From Promethearchaeia archaeon (GTDB lineage: Archaea > Asgardarchaeota > Lokiarchaeia > Sigyniarchaeales > SOKP01): a DNA stretch of 64,000 bases. Position numbers and translations under genes: made by a program. The stretch spans positions 18,117 through 82,116 of the forward strand of contig JAWOCD010000004.1 of the NCBI GenBank assembly GCA_046483985.1. Direction: 5' to 3'. Within the stretch, counting starts at the first letter, position 1; every line of letters begins with the position of its first letter. Shown here in pieces: positions 37,604 to 48,515 of this stretch. The notes beneath the pieces are model-generated. The model saw only the letters and a program-made list of their open reading frames with translations, ran no database searches and was not told where the DNA came from.

Positions 37604-38899
37604 ATGAATCCTACTCTCTTGATATTAATTTTCATCATTTTTGCATTTATTATTATCAGTTATATGATAGAAAAATTAGATTTTGTGGCAATTTCCCTTT
37701 TAGGCTGTTTTATCGCAGCAACTATTACTGGGATAAGTCAGAGCTTGCAGATTCAAACGTTTATATCCTTCATCGAATGGGAGGCAATTATAATTATATT
37801 GAGCATGAGTATCATTACAAAAATTGCCCAAGATTCCAACGTGTTGGAATATATTGCGGTTAAAATGTTTAAAGTTTCGAAAGGGAATCAGAGAATCTTC
37901 TTTTATCTGCTCTGTATTCTTTCAACGCTTTTAGCTTCAATTATAAGCGATGTAGTCGTAGTTCTTATTTTAGCTCCAGTCGTTATCAGACTCTGTCATT
38001 TTCTTAAAATTAGAGCGGGAACTTACCTCTTAGGAATGACAGTCTGCATTAATATCGGTTCGATTATCACTCCATTTTCAAGTGGAGAGAATATTATTAT
38101 TTCCACATACTTTAATATAGGTACGAGTTATTTCTTTCAATATTATTGGATTTTTGCATTTTCCCTTCTTTTTCTTACCACTTTTCTCCTTGACGCTAAA
38201 ATGCTAAGTAAAGAACCGAAAATTGAGGCTCAACAAAAATCCTTCGTGTTAGAGTTAGTTGATGCTGATGTTATGATTAAAAACAAATTTATCTTTTATT
38301 TTAACAGCATCGCAATCATAATCACAGTTATTCTTTTTGTGATTTTACCGTATCTTTATCTTACAGCTGCTATTTCCGCACTGATCCTTGTTTTAGTGAA
38401 TCAGCGGTATACGAACAATAAAATGAGTGATATCTTACAGGATATTGAATGGGAAATCATTTTCTTTTTTATCTCTTTATACGTGGTGGTAGGCTGTTTA
38501 CTGGAAGCAGGCTTTCAAGAAATTATTTCAACATTTCCGTTCGCGGATTTTAATCTATTTTTCTTAAGTTTAATTATTTTATTGAGTGTAAGCTTTTTAT
38601 CAGGCGCTGTGGCGAATACTCCTACCGCTTTAATCTTTATTCCTATTGTGGGCACTTTAATTGACTTAGGATTTGCACCCATTCCACTCCTTTTTGCCTT
38701 TATAATTGGTATTAATTTAGGGGGTAATTTCTTACCTCAAGGCGCTGCTTGCGATATGATGACCCTTAAAATCGCCCAAGATAGCGGCGTGGAGAATTTT
38801 GATAAAAAACGATTAATTAAATACGGTGGAGCTTATGCAATATTCCACTTGGTTTCATCTATTGGATATCTTTTATTGTTGGTTTTTTTCTTTGGATAA
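37604..38899 (+). CDS. ArsB/NhaD/SLC13 (ion transporter superfamily) permease
   Basis: About 12 TM; NIGSIITP, IEWE.IFFF, ANTP, NLGGN..P.GA. Confidence 0.85.
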   Translation: MNPTLLILIFIIFAFIIISYMIEKLDFVAISLLGCFIAATITGISQSLQIQTFISFIEWEAIIIILSMSIITKIAQDSNVLEYIAVKMFKVSKGNQRIFFYLLCILSTLLASIISDVVVVLILAPVVIRLCHFLKIRAGTYLLGMTVCINIGSIITPFSSGENIIISTYFNIGTSYFFQYYWIFAFSLLFLTTFLLDAKMLSKEPKIEAQQKSFVLELVDADVMIKNKFIFYFNSIAIIITVILFVILPYLYLTAAISALILVLVNQRYTNNKMSDILQDIEWEIIFFFISLYVVVGCLLEAGFQEIISTFPFADFNLFFLSLIILLSVSFLSGAVANTPTALIFIPIVGTLIDLGFAPIPLLFAFIIGINLGGNFLPQGAACDMMTLKIAQDSGVENFDKKRLIKYGGAYAIFHLVSSIGYLLLLVFFFG

Positions 38900-38929
38900 A
38901 ATAAAGAAAAAAAATACGTTTTCAAAAAT

Positions 38930-40123
38930 TTATTTTTGATATTTCTTCCACTTTTTTTCTAAGTCGGGCTTCTTAAGCATCTCAAGTAAATATTCCGTAA
39001 ACTGGGCACCCGTTGCTCCTGTTGATCTTCCCGTTAATTCGAATCGTTTTTCATAGGAAGAACAGATATCCAGCGCCATATCTAATTTTTTTGCTTTCTT
39101 ATTAAAATTGATATGTTCTAACATTAAGACTACTGCACGGATTAGACTGGAAGGGTCTGCATATTTCGCACGTCCTTCACGGACCATTCGAGGGGCTGAC
39201 CCATGAATAGCCTCAAACATAGCATAGCGCTTTCCAATGTTGGAGCTACCAGCTGTACCTACGCCTCCTTGCATCTGCGCCGCCTCATCAGTAATAATAT
39301 CTCCGTAGAGATTTGGAGCGACAAATACACGAAATTGTGATTGCCGTTTTGGATCAATTAACTTTGCAGTCATAATATCGATATACCAATCGTCCCATTC
39401 CACTTCGGGATAATCTTTTGCTACTTTTTCTGCCATGGCAAGGAATTTTCCATCGGTTGCTTTCACCACATTTGCTTTTGTCACCACCGTCACCCGATTT
39501 ATATCATTTTTATTTGCATAGTCAAAAGCCAGCCGAATAATTCTCTCCGCTCCCTGAGCGGTAATTACCTTAAAATCAACTGCAAGATCATCGGTAACGT
39601 TAATCCCTTGGGAACCTAACACGTACGCACCTTCTGTGTTTTCTCTGAAAAACATCCAATCGATATTTTTTTCCGGTACTTTCACGGGGCGAATATTTGC
39701 AAATAAATCTAGCTCTCGACGCATAGTTACGTTTGCGCTTTCGATATTTGGCCACTTATCGCCTTTTCTCGGCGTCGTGGTGGGCCCTTTCAATATAACA
39801 TGACATTTTTTAATTTCTTTGAGCACCTCATCCGGGATTGCCTTGCCTATCTTTGCCCGATTTTCAATCGTTAACCCCTTTATCTCTCTTAACTCTACCT
39901 TCCCACTCTTAATTTCATCTTCTAACAATAAATCAAGCACTTTTTTGGCATGTTTGCTAATTATCGGTCCGATTCCGTCTCCTCCTACTATTCCAATGAT
40001 TAGTGGTTCCAATTCTTCGTACTTTATCCAATCTTTCTCACTTTTTAGCCTTTCGACTCGGGATAACTGGTCCTTAACCAAGGTTTTAAAATGTTTCACG
40101 GCTTCATTAATCTCTTTTTCCAT
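38930..40123 (-). CDS. Isocitrate/isopropylmalate dehydrogenase family protein
   Basis: GDGIGP, LKGPTTTP, RENTEG.Y, KANV.K.TDG, PNLYGDI.TD, FEAIHGSAP. Confidence 0.92.
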   Translation of the reverse strand: MEKEINEAVKHFKTLVKDQLSRVERLKSEKDWIKYEELEPLIIGIVGGDGIGPIISKHAKKVLDLLLEDEIKSGKVELREIKGLTIENRAKIGKAIPDEVLKEIKKCHVILKGPTTTPRKGDKWPNIESANVTMRRELDLFANIRPVKVPEKNIDWMFFRENTEGAYVLGSQGINVTDDLAVDFKVITAQGAERIIRLAFDYANKNDINRVTVVTKANVVKATDGKFLAMAEKVAKDYPEVEWDDWYIDIMTAKLIDPKRQSQFRVFVAPNLYGDIITDEAAQMQGGVGTAGSSNIGKRYAMFEAIHGSAPRMVREGRAKYADPSSLIRAVVLMLEHINFNKKAKKLDMALDICSSYEKRFELTGRSTGATGAQFTEYLLEMLKKPDLEKKWKKYQK

Positions 40124-40322
40124 AATTGACTCACATAAACTTTATTTTGAATCGTGTTTTGAAAAAATTTGTTCTCCACACTTTTTAATTATATATACAA
40201 AATTCACCTAAAAAGATAAATTTTCAGTCGTCTCTTAATGCTTATAAACAATTTGAATCATTGAGTCTAATTTACTGGGGAAAAAAACAAAAAAGAAAAA
40301 AGCTCAAAAATAGTAGCTAAAG

Positions 40323-41582
40323 TTAGAGCCAACCACGGAGTTTCATAGCATCAATAACTCGTTCAATCGAGATAATGTATGCACCCATCCTGTTATTTGA
40401 TTCATACTCCCTAGCTGCTTCCACTGTACTTTTATAGGCTTTGGTCATAGTGTTATCTAACGCCTCAAACACTTCTTTTTCTGACCAGAAATAATGATAA
40501 TAACCTTGTACCATTTCAAAATAACTTACAGTCACTCCTCCCGCATTACATAAGAAATCGGGGATTACAGAAATTCCCTTTTCAAATAAAGTTTCGTCTG
40601 CTGCCGGAGTAGTTGGACCGTTGGCAAGTTCAGCAACCACTTTTGCCTTAACATTATCGGCATTTTTCTTCGTGATCACATTTTCTAAGGCAGCAGGAAT
40701 TAAGAAATCACACTCTAACTCGAGCAATTCTGCATTAGTTATTTTCTCCGTTCCCAGAGTTCCAACCACGGTGGAGGTGTCTTTTTTGTGTTCAAACGCT
40801 TTATGAGGGTTAAAACCCTCCTTGTTTAAAATCGCGCCTTGGGTATCAGAGGCGGCAATGATATCACATCCATATTTGTCATATAAGATTCGTGCAGCGT
40901 GAGAACCAGCATTTCCATACCCTTGAATTGCAACTTTTGCCCCGTTTAAATTTATACCTAAATCTTTTGCTGCTTCCCGTATACAAAAGGTTCCTCCTTT
41001 TGCTGTTGCGACAGAACGTCCAGCACTACCTCCCAACTCTAAAGGCTTACCAGTGATAACAGAGGGCGTATGAACTCTTTTAATTTTTTCATATTCATCC
41101 ATCATCCATGCCATTATTTGAGGGGTCGTATACACATCGGGAGCCGGAACATCGATATTAGGGCCGATAAAATCCGCTACTTTTTGAATGTACGCACGAG
41201 CTAAGTGTTCCAATTCATTTTTGCTCATTTCCTTTGGATTACAAATAATTCCTCCTTTTGCTCCTCCAAGCGGAATATCGACACACGCACATTTCCATGT
41301 CATCCATGCAGATAATGCTTTTACCAGACTCGCATTTTCATCGGGATGCCATCTAATTCCCCCTTTCATAGGACCTCGGGCTGAGTTATATTGACATCTG
41401 AATCCCTTATAAGTTCTTAAGGTGCCATCATCTAAGCGGGACGTAATTTTAACTTCAATGAATCTCTCCGGTTCACTTAATGCTGCATAATAATATCGGT
41501 CATGACCCATAAGTTTAAGTGCCTTATATAGCTGTTTCTGCGAAATATCGAACGGATCTAGATTTTCCTCTTCTTCCATCAT
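40323..41582 (-). CDS. gdhA: Glutamate dehydrogenase
   Basis: GPMKGGIR, GGAKGG, VPAPDV, ITGKP, QGYGNAG, ELANGP, NAGGVTVSYFE. Confidence 0.95.
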   Translation of the reverse strand: MMEEEENLDPFDISQKQLYKALKLMGHDRYYYAALSEPERFIEVKITSRLDDGTLRTYKGFRCQYNSARGPMKGGIRWHPDENASLVKALSAWMTWKCACVDIPLGGAKGGIICNPKEMSKNELEHLARAYIQKVADFIGPNIDVPAPDVYTTPQIMAWMMDEYEKIKRVHTPSVITGKPLELGGSAGRSVATAKGGTFCIREAAKDLGINLNGAKVAIQGYGNAGSHAARILYDKYGCDIIAASDTQGAILNKEGFNPHKAFEHKKDTSTVVGTLGTEKITNAELLELECDFLIPAALENVITKKNADNVKAKVVAELANGPTTPAADETLFEKGISVIPDFLCNAGGVTVSYFEMVQGYYHYFWSEKEVFEALDNTMTKAYKSTVEAAREYESNNRMGAYIISIERVIDAMKLRGWL

Positions 41583-42044
41583 CTTTATTATGTAAAATTT
41601 TCTAAAGTATAATTTGTTTGAAGAGTATAATTAAAATAACCAATATATACTTGTTCATATTATACAAATATAACTAATATAACCAATATAATAGAAGTCG
41701 AAAAATATCTATTTGATTACTAATCAGCATTTTAATTTATATCCTAAAATCTATATGTTTTAAGGCAAAATGAAACTTCCTCCATAAATAAGTGCAAAAG
41801 TCATATAAAGAGGTATAATCCAGAAAACCAATTTATGGGATGCCGATTCATTTTTTAATCTCTTAGGTAAAATTTTAAAGTAAAATAAAATCTCAATAAA
41901 TAGATTAGATTGAAAGAAGAGAAGTGCCTATTTAAGCCTTGTGTAAGACAAATTGAAAGTGAAGCAAAATATTAAGTATTCGTGCATATATCTAAGCATT
42001 CCCCAATCTACGAAAATGGTTAGTTTTTCACTTGTTCCAAAGAT

Positions 42045-43460
42045 TCATTTGGTTTTTTTTATATCCATATCAATGGCCCTTGCCGCTTTTCTTCCAGCGC
42101 CCATGGCAGAGATTACCGTAGCACCACCAGTGACAATATCGCCTCCCGCATAAATCCCTTCAAGATTGGTCCGTCCCATCTCATCCGTTTCGATATATCC
42201 CCATTTGTTTGTTTTTAATTCGGGATAAGTGGAAGTTAATAGAGGATTGGCATTATTTCCAATTGCCACGATCACCAGATCGGTCTCTATTTTAAACTCA
42301 GAGCCTTCAATCGGTATCGGTCGTGGACGTCCAGATTTGTCGGGTTCTCCCAATCGCATTTTAATCACTTCCATTTGCTCAACGTGTTTGTTCTCATTTC
42401 CAATAAAGCGAACAGGGTTTCTTAGTAGGCGAAAACAAACACCTTCGTCCTCCGCATGATGGATTTCCTCCTCACGGGCAGGCATCTGTTCTCTTCCACG
42501 TCTATAGACAATGGTAACCGAATTAGCCCCAGTTCGAAGGGCCGAACGAGCGGAATCCATGGCAACATTCCCACCGCCAATTACGGTGACATTCCTCCCT
42601 TTCACGAGAGGAGTATGATACTTCGGAAATTTAAATCCTTTCATCAGATTAACCCGTGTGAGGTATTCATTCGCTGATACCACACCACTTAGATTTCTCC
42701 CTGGCAATCTTAAAAATCGAGGGGTGCCCGCACCAATCCCAAGAAAGATGGCTTGATTTCCCATCTCCTTCAAATCATCGATAGTCAAAATTTTGCCTAT
42801 CACCATGTTGTATTTGAACTTGACTCCCATCATTTTTAGTGTTTCCACTTCATCTTCTACAATGGCTTTCGGTAAGCGAAATTCGGGAATACCATACGCT
42901 AACACCCCTCCCGCTTTATGAAATGCTTCATAGACAGTTACGTCATATCCTTTTCGGGCAAGGTCTGCCGCACAAGTTAATCCAGCAGGTCCAGACCCTA
43001 CAACTGCCACCCTAATACCGTTTGGTGGTTGACAGTCGGGACATGACTTTACCATGTGTTCTCGCTCCCAGTCCGCTAAAAATCGTTCCAAATTCCCAAT
43101 TGCAATAGGTTCAAATCGCTTTCCCATAACACATTTCCCTTCACATTGGTCTTCTTGCGGGCATACTCGTCCGCAAATGGCGGGTAAAAGATTGTAATCC
43201 TTGATGCAATTAATTGCTGATACAAAGTCGTGTTCCTTGATTTGTTTTATGAATGTGGGAATATCAATATCTACGGGGCATCCTTCAATACATAAGGGTT
43301 TTCCACATTGTAAACACCGGTTTGCCTCTCTTATAGATGTTTCCTCGCTATAGCCTAAATTTACTTCATGGAAATTCTTGATCCGTAATTTGGGATCTTG
43401 TTCGGGCATTTCTCGGCGCAATTTCTTCACTTTTTTACCATTCTTGGTTTCGTTATTCAT
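42045..43460 (-). CDS. nfnB: NfnB/SudA (GltD-like) NADPH-dependent flavoprotein large subunit
   Basis: EANRCLQC..P.C.EGCPV, CGRVCPQE.QCE, GSGPAG, GIPEFRLP, GGGNVAMD, GGDIVTGGATVI.AMGAG. Confidence 0.88.
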   Translation of the reverse strand: MNNETKNGKKVKKLRREMPEQDPKLRIKNFHEVNLGYSEETSIREANRCLQCGKPLCIEGCPVDIDIPTFIKQIKEHDFVSAINCIKDYNLLPAICGRVCPQEDQCEGKCVMGKRFEPIAIGNLERFLADWEREHMVKSCPDCQPPNGIRVAVVGSGPAGLTCAADLARKGYDVTVYEAFHKAGGVLAYGIPEFRLPKAIVEDEVETLKMMGVKFKYNMVIGKILTIDDLKEMGNQAIFLGIGAGTPRFLRLPGRNLSGVVSANEYLTRVNLMKGFKFPKYHTPLVKGRNVTVIGGGNVAMDSARSALRTGANSVTIVYRRGREQMPAREEEIHHAEDEGVCFRLLRNPVRFIGNENKHVEQMEVIKMRLGEPDKSGRPRPIPIEGSEFKIETDLVIVAIGNNANPLLTSTYPELKTNKWGYIETDEMGRTNLEGIYAGGDIVTGGATVISAMGAGRKAARAIDMDIKKTK

Positions 43461-46400
43461 CAGAATCCCCCCTCTTTAATTCTTCTAATGCTTTACAAGA
43501 ATGTTGCTGGTACACCATTTTTTCTGGCTGAGTAAATTGTTTCGTCCGTTCAATTAATTCGTCCCATTTAATCAAATGACCGTCAAAAGCTGGACCATCA
43601 ACGCATGCAAATTTCGTAACAATTTCCCCTTCTTTTATAAGAGAGAGTCGACATCCACCGCACATTCCAGTTCCGTCAATCATAATGGTATTTAAGCTCA
43701 CAAATGTGGGAACTTTCCCTTGCTTTTTCGTAAATTCAGAGGCATCCCGCATCATATGCTTACAACCGATAAAGTAACAGCAATCAATTTCAGGATGCTC
43801 CTGAAAAATAACATCTAAACCTCGCGTGACTTTTCCTTTTATTCCTTTTGAGCCATCAGCAGTACAATAATAAAGGTCGTCGGCAATTTCTTGGAACTTA
43901 TCTTGTAGGTAAAATAATAATTCATTCTTAGATTCTAATAAAATAAGTATCCGATTTCCCATCGATTTAAGGGCTTTCGCAATCGGATATATACCACCAA
44001 TTCCGTAACACCCTCCGCCCAATAACACAGTTCCGTACTTTTTTATTTCAATTTCCTTGCCCAATGGTCCGACGACACTATAAATCGAACTTCCTTCCTT
44101 TACGTTCTTTAGTTCCTTGGTTGAGAACCCAGCCTCTTGATAATAGACCGTGATTGTTCCTTCTGAGCGATCCCAATCCGAGATAGTGAGCGGTATTCGT
44201 TCGCTTCTTTCTGTAGTCATTATGATTAAAAAGTTCCCGGGTTTTGCCTTATTGGCTATTAACGGAGCCTCGATGGTTAATTTATAAAAATTGGGAACAA
44301 TTTCATAGTTAGTATGGATCTTATATGGATAATCAATGTTTTCCTTAGCAGTTTCTGATTCCTCGGGCTTAGCGCCTTTTTCTGATCGAAATTCAATCAT
44401 CTGCTTAAAATCGGGAACTTCTTCGGTTATTTTTCTGCCTCGGTAATCAAAGTTTTCAAACTTACTCAGAGTGCTGGCAGAATTTGAAAGCATCTCGATT
44501 TTTTTAATATCAGCAGGGACATAAATATTGAAAGATGAATCTAAATCTTCTCGTGAATCAAAGATATTTGAAAAGTTAGGATAATCTTGAGTGATTTGGT
44601 CTAAAACGGCTTCTGGATTCTGGAAAGTTTCTTCAGTTTGAGCCTTCAAGATCTGTTGTCGAAGGTCTTCTAATATGCGCCAGTCCTTTTTCCGTTGATT
44701 ATCTAAGTTTTGAGACGTGTGAATTGCTTGTAACCGCCTTCCGGAGTTTAAAAATGTGCCCTCATCCTCTGCAAACGAATTAGCGGGAATCATAATATCT
44801 GATGATTCTGAAATTTCTGAATCAAAGGGAGTCTGCGTGATTAAAAATTCTACTTTCTCTAATACTTCTGTACGTTGAATTGATTGGAAAGTATAAAGAT
44901 CGGTAATTTTCCCTTTAGTAATTCCGTCAAATATTTGGTTGCGCTCCATTACATCTAAATATTGGGCAAGAATCTGATAAACACCCTCCAAATTTGTTTC
45001 TCTCCACAACGGAAGAAGACCTAACACTGGTACAAAGATGCGAAAATTAGAAATTAATCCGAGCAATGTCTCATAGTACTCTGTGGAGCAGTCAGAGAAA
45101 TGCCCCATAATAGATAAAACTTTTCTATCTGCTTTTTGTGCTCGAAAATGATGTAAAATTGTAGTTAAAATAGCCGTATTCTCTTCACTAAGGTCAAGGT
45201 TCTCGAATTTTGCCTTAAACTCATCAATATTTTCTAAATTACTTATATCTTTATCTTGGATTTCTAGAGAATTCAATAATTCTTTCGTCAGAGCAATAAA
45301 TAATTCTAATAAATCTGATTTATTAAGAATAAACTCATCGGTCAAAAGTCTCTTAAGTTCAACAGATTGGCTAAACGGTTCAAAATTAATCGCGAAGATT
45401 TTCGCGCCGTTATTTTTAGCCCTTTTAAGATGGACTTGTAAAACGGGATGAGTTTCTTGTATATTGGTATTTATTAAAAAGATAGTATCTGAATTTGGTA
45501 TATCTCTAAACCCAAATCTTTGAAGAAGATGAGAGGAAGTGTGAAGGAAATTATAATAAGCTTTAATAAAGTGCAAATTAGCATTAATTGTGATGTTTTT
45601 TATGTTTAACTGAGCAGCAATCTTTTTCAAGAGATATGCGGACTCATTAGTCATAAAAGGTGATGCAACAAAAGCCATAGAGTTTGTTTCGATATTTGCT
45701 AATTTTTGTCCCAACTGCCTAATCACGCTTTCCCAATCTACAGGAATTAAAGTCTCCTTCTTTCTAATCATAGGATAATCTAGCCTCTCTTGGCTGCCGA
45801 TAACTTGTGGAGTACAAAACCTCCCAACTACACACGCTTGTCCTAAAGTTGAGCCATTCTTTTTCGCGGGAATAGACTCCACGAGGGTCCCATCATCATA
45901 ATAATATGTGAAATCACACCCCACGCTGCAAAAACCACACGCACTGGAGATTTGTTCGGTATCCTTGTCGACCCATTTTGTATTTTTTGGAGTTAAAGCG
46001 CCAGTAGGACATACATCAACACATGCTCCACAAAATTGACAACTTGAATTTATATGGAGAACATCTAAAGCTGTTGAGACTTTTATTTCATCTCCTCGAT
46101 TAATAAAATTTATTGCCCCCACGCCTCTTAACTCGTTGCAAGTACGCACACATCTTCCGCATAGTACGCACAAATTATAATCACGATCAAAAAATGGATC
46201 TTCCTTTTTCACTGGATGATCCTTATAATCCAAAGGAAAATCTATCTCCTTTAGGTCCAAATAGTCGACCAATTGGCAAAGTTCACATTCTTCTTTCTTC
46301 GCACAAGAAAAACAGCCAAACATGGTTCCTGCTTTAATCTTATCTCTACGGGTTTCCTCACATTCTTCTTTATTCTCGCAGGTTAAACACGCATAGGGAT

Positions 46401-46692
46401 GTTCACTAAGAATAAGTTTTAATACTTCCCTCCGTAATCCTTGCAATTCTTCATTTTTTGTAATGATCTCCATACCATCTTTAGCTGGAGTCGAGCATGC
46501 TGGGATATATCCTTCCATATCCTTAACCTTCACAATACATAACCTACATGCTCCGAATGGTTCCAACTCCTTCAAGTAACAAAGTCGTGGGATATAAATA
46601 TCTGCTTCTTCGGCAATCTCAAGAATTGTTTGACCAGCTTCAAAGGAGATCTCTTGATGGTCAATAAGGAGGGTATTTTTCCTTTCGGTCAT
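43453..46692 (-). CDS. Fusion of a NuoG/HydA/FdhA-like Fe-S and degenerate molybdopterin-oxidoreductase domain with a C-terminal NfnA/SudB domain
   Basis: IPRLC...GACRLC, H...C..C, CVLCGRCVRTC, CQFCGACVDVCP, CGFCSVGC; C-terminal ERIPLTI, GPLG, MIDGTGMCGGCR, FACVDGP.FDGH. Confidence 0.88.
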   Translation of the reverse strand: MTERKNTLLIDHQEISFEAGQTILEIAEEADIYIPRLCYLKELEPFGACRLCIVKVKDMEGYIPACSTPAKDGMEIITKNEELQGLRREVLKLILSEHPYACLTCENKEECEETRRDKIKAGTMFGCFSCAKKEECELCQLVDYLDLKEIDFPLDYKDHPVKKEDPFFDRDYNLCVLCGRCVRTCNELRGVGAINFINRGDEIKVSTALDVLHINSSCQFCGACVDVCPTGALTPKNTKWVDKDTEQISSACGFCSVGCDFTYYYDDGTLVESIPAKKNGSTLGQACVVGRFCTPQVIGSQERLDYPMIRKKETLIPVDWESVIRQLGQKLANIETNSMAFVASPFMTNESAYLLKKIAAQLNIKNITINANLHFIKAYYNFLHTSSHLLQRFGFRDIPNSDTIFLINTNIQETHPVLQVHLKRAKNNGAKIFAINFEPFSQSVELKRLLTDEFILNKSDLLELFIALTKELLNSLEIQDKDISNLENIDEFKAKFENLDLSEENTAILTTILHHFRAQKADRKVLSIMGHFSDCSTEYYETLLGLISNFRIFVPVLGLLPLWRETNLEGVYQILAQYLDVMERNQIFDGITKGKITDLYTFQSIQRTEVLEKVEFLITQTPFDSEISESSDIMIPANSFAEDEGTFLNSGRRLQAIHTSQNLDNQRKKDWRILEDLRQQILKAQTEETFQNPEAVLDQITQDYPNFSNIFDSREDLDSSFNIYVPADIKKIEMLSNSASTLSKFENFDYRGRKITEEVPDFKQMIEFRSEKGAKPEESETAKENIDYPYKIHTNYEIVPNFYKLTIEAPLIANKAKPGNFLIIMTTERSERIPLTISDWDRSEGTITVYYQEAGFSTKELKNVKEGSSIYSVVGPLGKEIEIKKYGTVLLGGGCYGIGGIYPIAKALKSMGNRILILLESKNELLFYLQDKFQEIADDLYYCTADGSKGIKGKVTRGLDVIFQEHPEIDCCYFIGCKHMMRDASEFTKKQGKVPTFVSLNTIMIDGTGMCGGCRLSLIKEGEIVTKFACVDGPAFDGHLIKWDELIERTKQFTQPEKMVYQQHSCKALEELKRGDSDE

Positions 46693-48515
46693 GCTGAATT
46701 TCCTCCTTCCGTTGAATTCGTGGACTTATAAATTGCATTATTTGGACAAACACTCTTGCATAATCCACATTTTATGCAAGTCTCAGTATCGATTCGATGG
46801 GGGGATTCTGATTCTCCGCTAATCGCTTCCGCGGGACATTCCCTTGCACACAATCCGCAGCCAATACATCGTTCTTCATTAATATGATACACAATTAAAC
46901 TTTTACATACTAACGCGGGACAGGCTTTATCCTTGATATGTGCCTCATATTCGTCATTAAAATATTTAACTGTCGTAAGAACGGGATTGGGGGCCGTCTG
47001 ACCTAAGCCACATAAACTCGTTTTCTTAACAACTTCAGCCGTTTTTTTCAATCTTTCTAGATCCCCCATTGTTCCGTTCCCGTTTTTTATTTGCGTTAAA
47101 ATCTCGAGCATCTTTTTGGTCCCTATTCTACAAGGGGCACATTTTCCACATGATTCTTCTTGGGTAAATGAGATAAAATAATGGGCTAAATCGACCATGC
47201 AAGTATCCTCATCAAGAACAATAAATCCTCCAGATCCCATAATGGAACCCAAGGAGGTAAGGTGTTTATAATCTAAGGGCGTATCCAAATATTCTTTTGG
47301 AATGCATCCTCCTGAAGGTCCACCCGTTTGCACGGCTTTAAATTCCTTTCCATGAGGTATCCCGCCCCCAATATCGTAAATTAATTTTCTAATCGTGGTG
47401 CCCATTGGGACCTCTACAAGACCAGAGTTGTTAATTTTTCCAGTGAGAGCAACCACCATCGTCCCAGATGCATCCTCGGAACCTATGGAGGAGAACCATT
47501 CACATCCTTTTTCGATTATTTTTGGAACAAAGGCAAAAGTTTTAGTATTATTAATATTTGTCGGACATCCCCATAATCCAGAGGTTGCCGGATAAGGAGG
47601 TCGAGGTTTAGGCATCCCACGTTCTCCCATAATGGAGGCCATTAATGCGGTTTCTTCTCCACATACAAAAGCTCCAGCGCCTTTTCTTATTTCCAAGGAA
47701 AAGTCAAATCCTGAATTGAGTATATTTTTACCGAGAAAGCCTCGCTCTTTAGCTTGTGTTATTGCTGTAGAGATTCTTTTGATTGCTAGAGGATATTCGG
47801 CACGAACATAAACATATCCTTGGGTTGCTCCAATTGCATACCCACCAATAATCAATCCTTCAATTACGCTGTGGGGGTCACTTTCCAAAATGGAGCGATC
47901 CATAAAGGCTCCAGGGTCTCCTTCATCTGCATTACAAATAATGTATTTCTTTTTTCCTTCTGCATTGTGACAAAATTGCCACTTTAACCCAGTAGGAAAT
48001 CCTGCTCCACCCCGTCCTCTCAAGCCAGAGTCCAAAATTTCTTGGATAATCTCCTCTGGATCCATATTCGAAAGTGCCATTTTTAGCGCCTCATAACCAT
48101 TACCATTGATATAATCGTCTATTTCCTCAGGGTTTATTTCTCCACAATTTTTAGTGATAATAGGCATTTGTTCATTATAGAAGTAGATTTGTTCTGGACT
48201 TTTGATTCGTTCCGCCGTTTTCGGGTCTTCATATAAAAGTGATTCGACAATTTTACCATTTTGCAAATGACTTGTAACAATCGTTTCTATATTTTTCTTT
48301 TCAAGGTGGACATAAAGTACATCGTCTGGTTGAATGATTAACGTTGGGCCGACTTGACAAAAACCATGACAACCCGTAAGCTTGATTTTTACGGAATCGG
48401 TCAACTTATGGATTTCAATTTGGTTTTTTAATTCTTCATGGAGAATCTCAGCGTTTAACGAATTACACCCCGTACCTCTACATATTAAGATGGTTTTTTC
48501 ATTAGATTGCGTCAT
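46689..48515 (-). CDS. NuoF/HydB(BfuB)-like NADH- and FMN-binding subunit
   Basis: N-terminal thioredoxin-like 2Fe-2S, GRGGAGFPTG, NADEGDPGAFMDR, GEETAL, ESCGKC.PCR, C-terminal 2x[4Fe-4S]. Confidence 0.93.
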   Translation of the reverse strand: MTQSNEKTILICRGTGCNSLNAEILHEELKNQIEIHKLTDSVKIKLTGCHGFCQVGPTLIIQPDDVLYVHLEKKNIETIVTSHLQNGKIVESLLYEDPKTAERIKSPEQIYFYNEQMPIITKNCGEINPEEIDDYINGNGYEALKMALSNMDPEEIIQEILDSGLRGRGGAGFPTGLKWQFCHNAEGKKKYIICNADEGDPGAFMDRSILESDPHSVIEGLIIGGYAIGATQGYVYVRAEYPLAIKRISTAITQAKERGFLGKNILNSGFDFSLEIRKGAGAFVCGEETALMASIMGERGMPKPRPPYPATSGLWGCPTNINNTKTFAFVPKIIEKGCEWFSSIGSEDASGTMVVALTGKINNSGLVEVPMGTTIRKLIYDIGGGIPHGKEFKAVQTGGPSGGCIPKEYLDTPLDYKHLTSLGSIMGSGGFIVLDEDTCMVDLAHYFISFTQEESCGKCAPCRIGTKKMLEILTQIKNGNGTMGDLERLKKTAEVVKKTSLCGLGQTAPNPVLTTVKYFNDEYEAHIKDKACPALVCKSLIVYHINEERCIGCGLCARECPAEAISGESESPHRIDTETCIKCGLCKSVCPNNAIYKSTNSTEGGNSA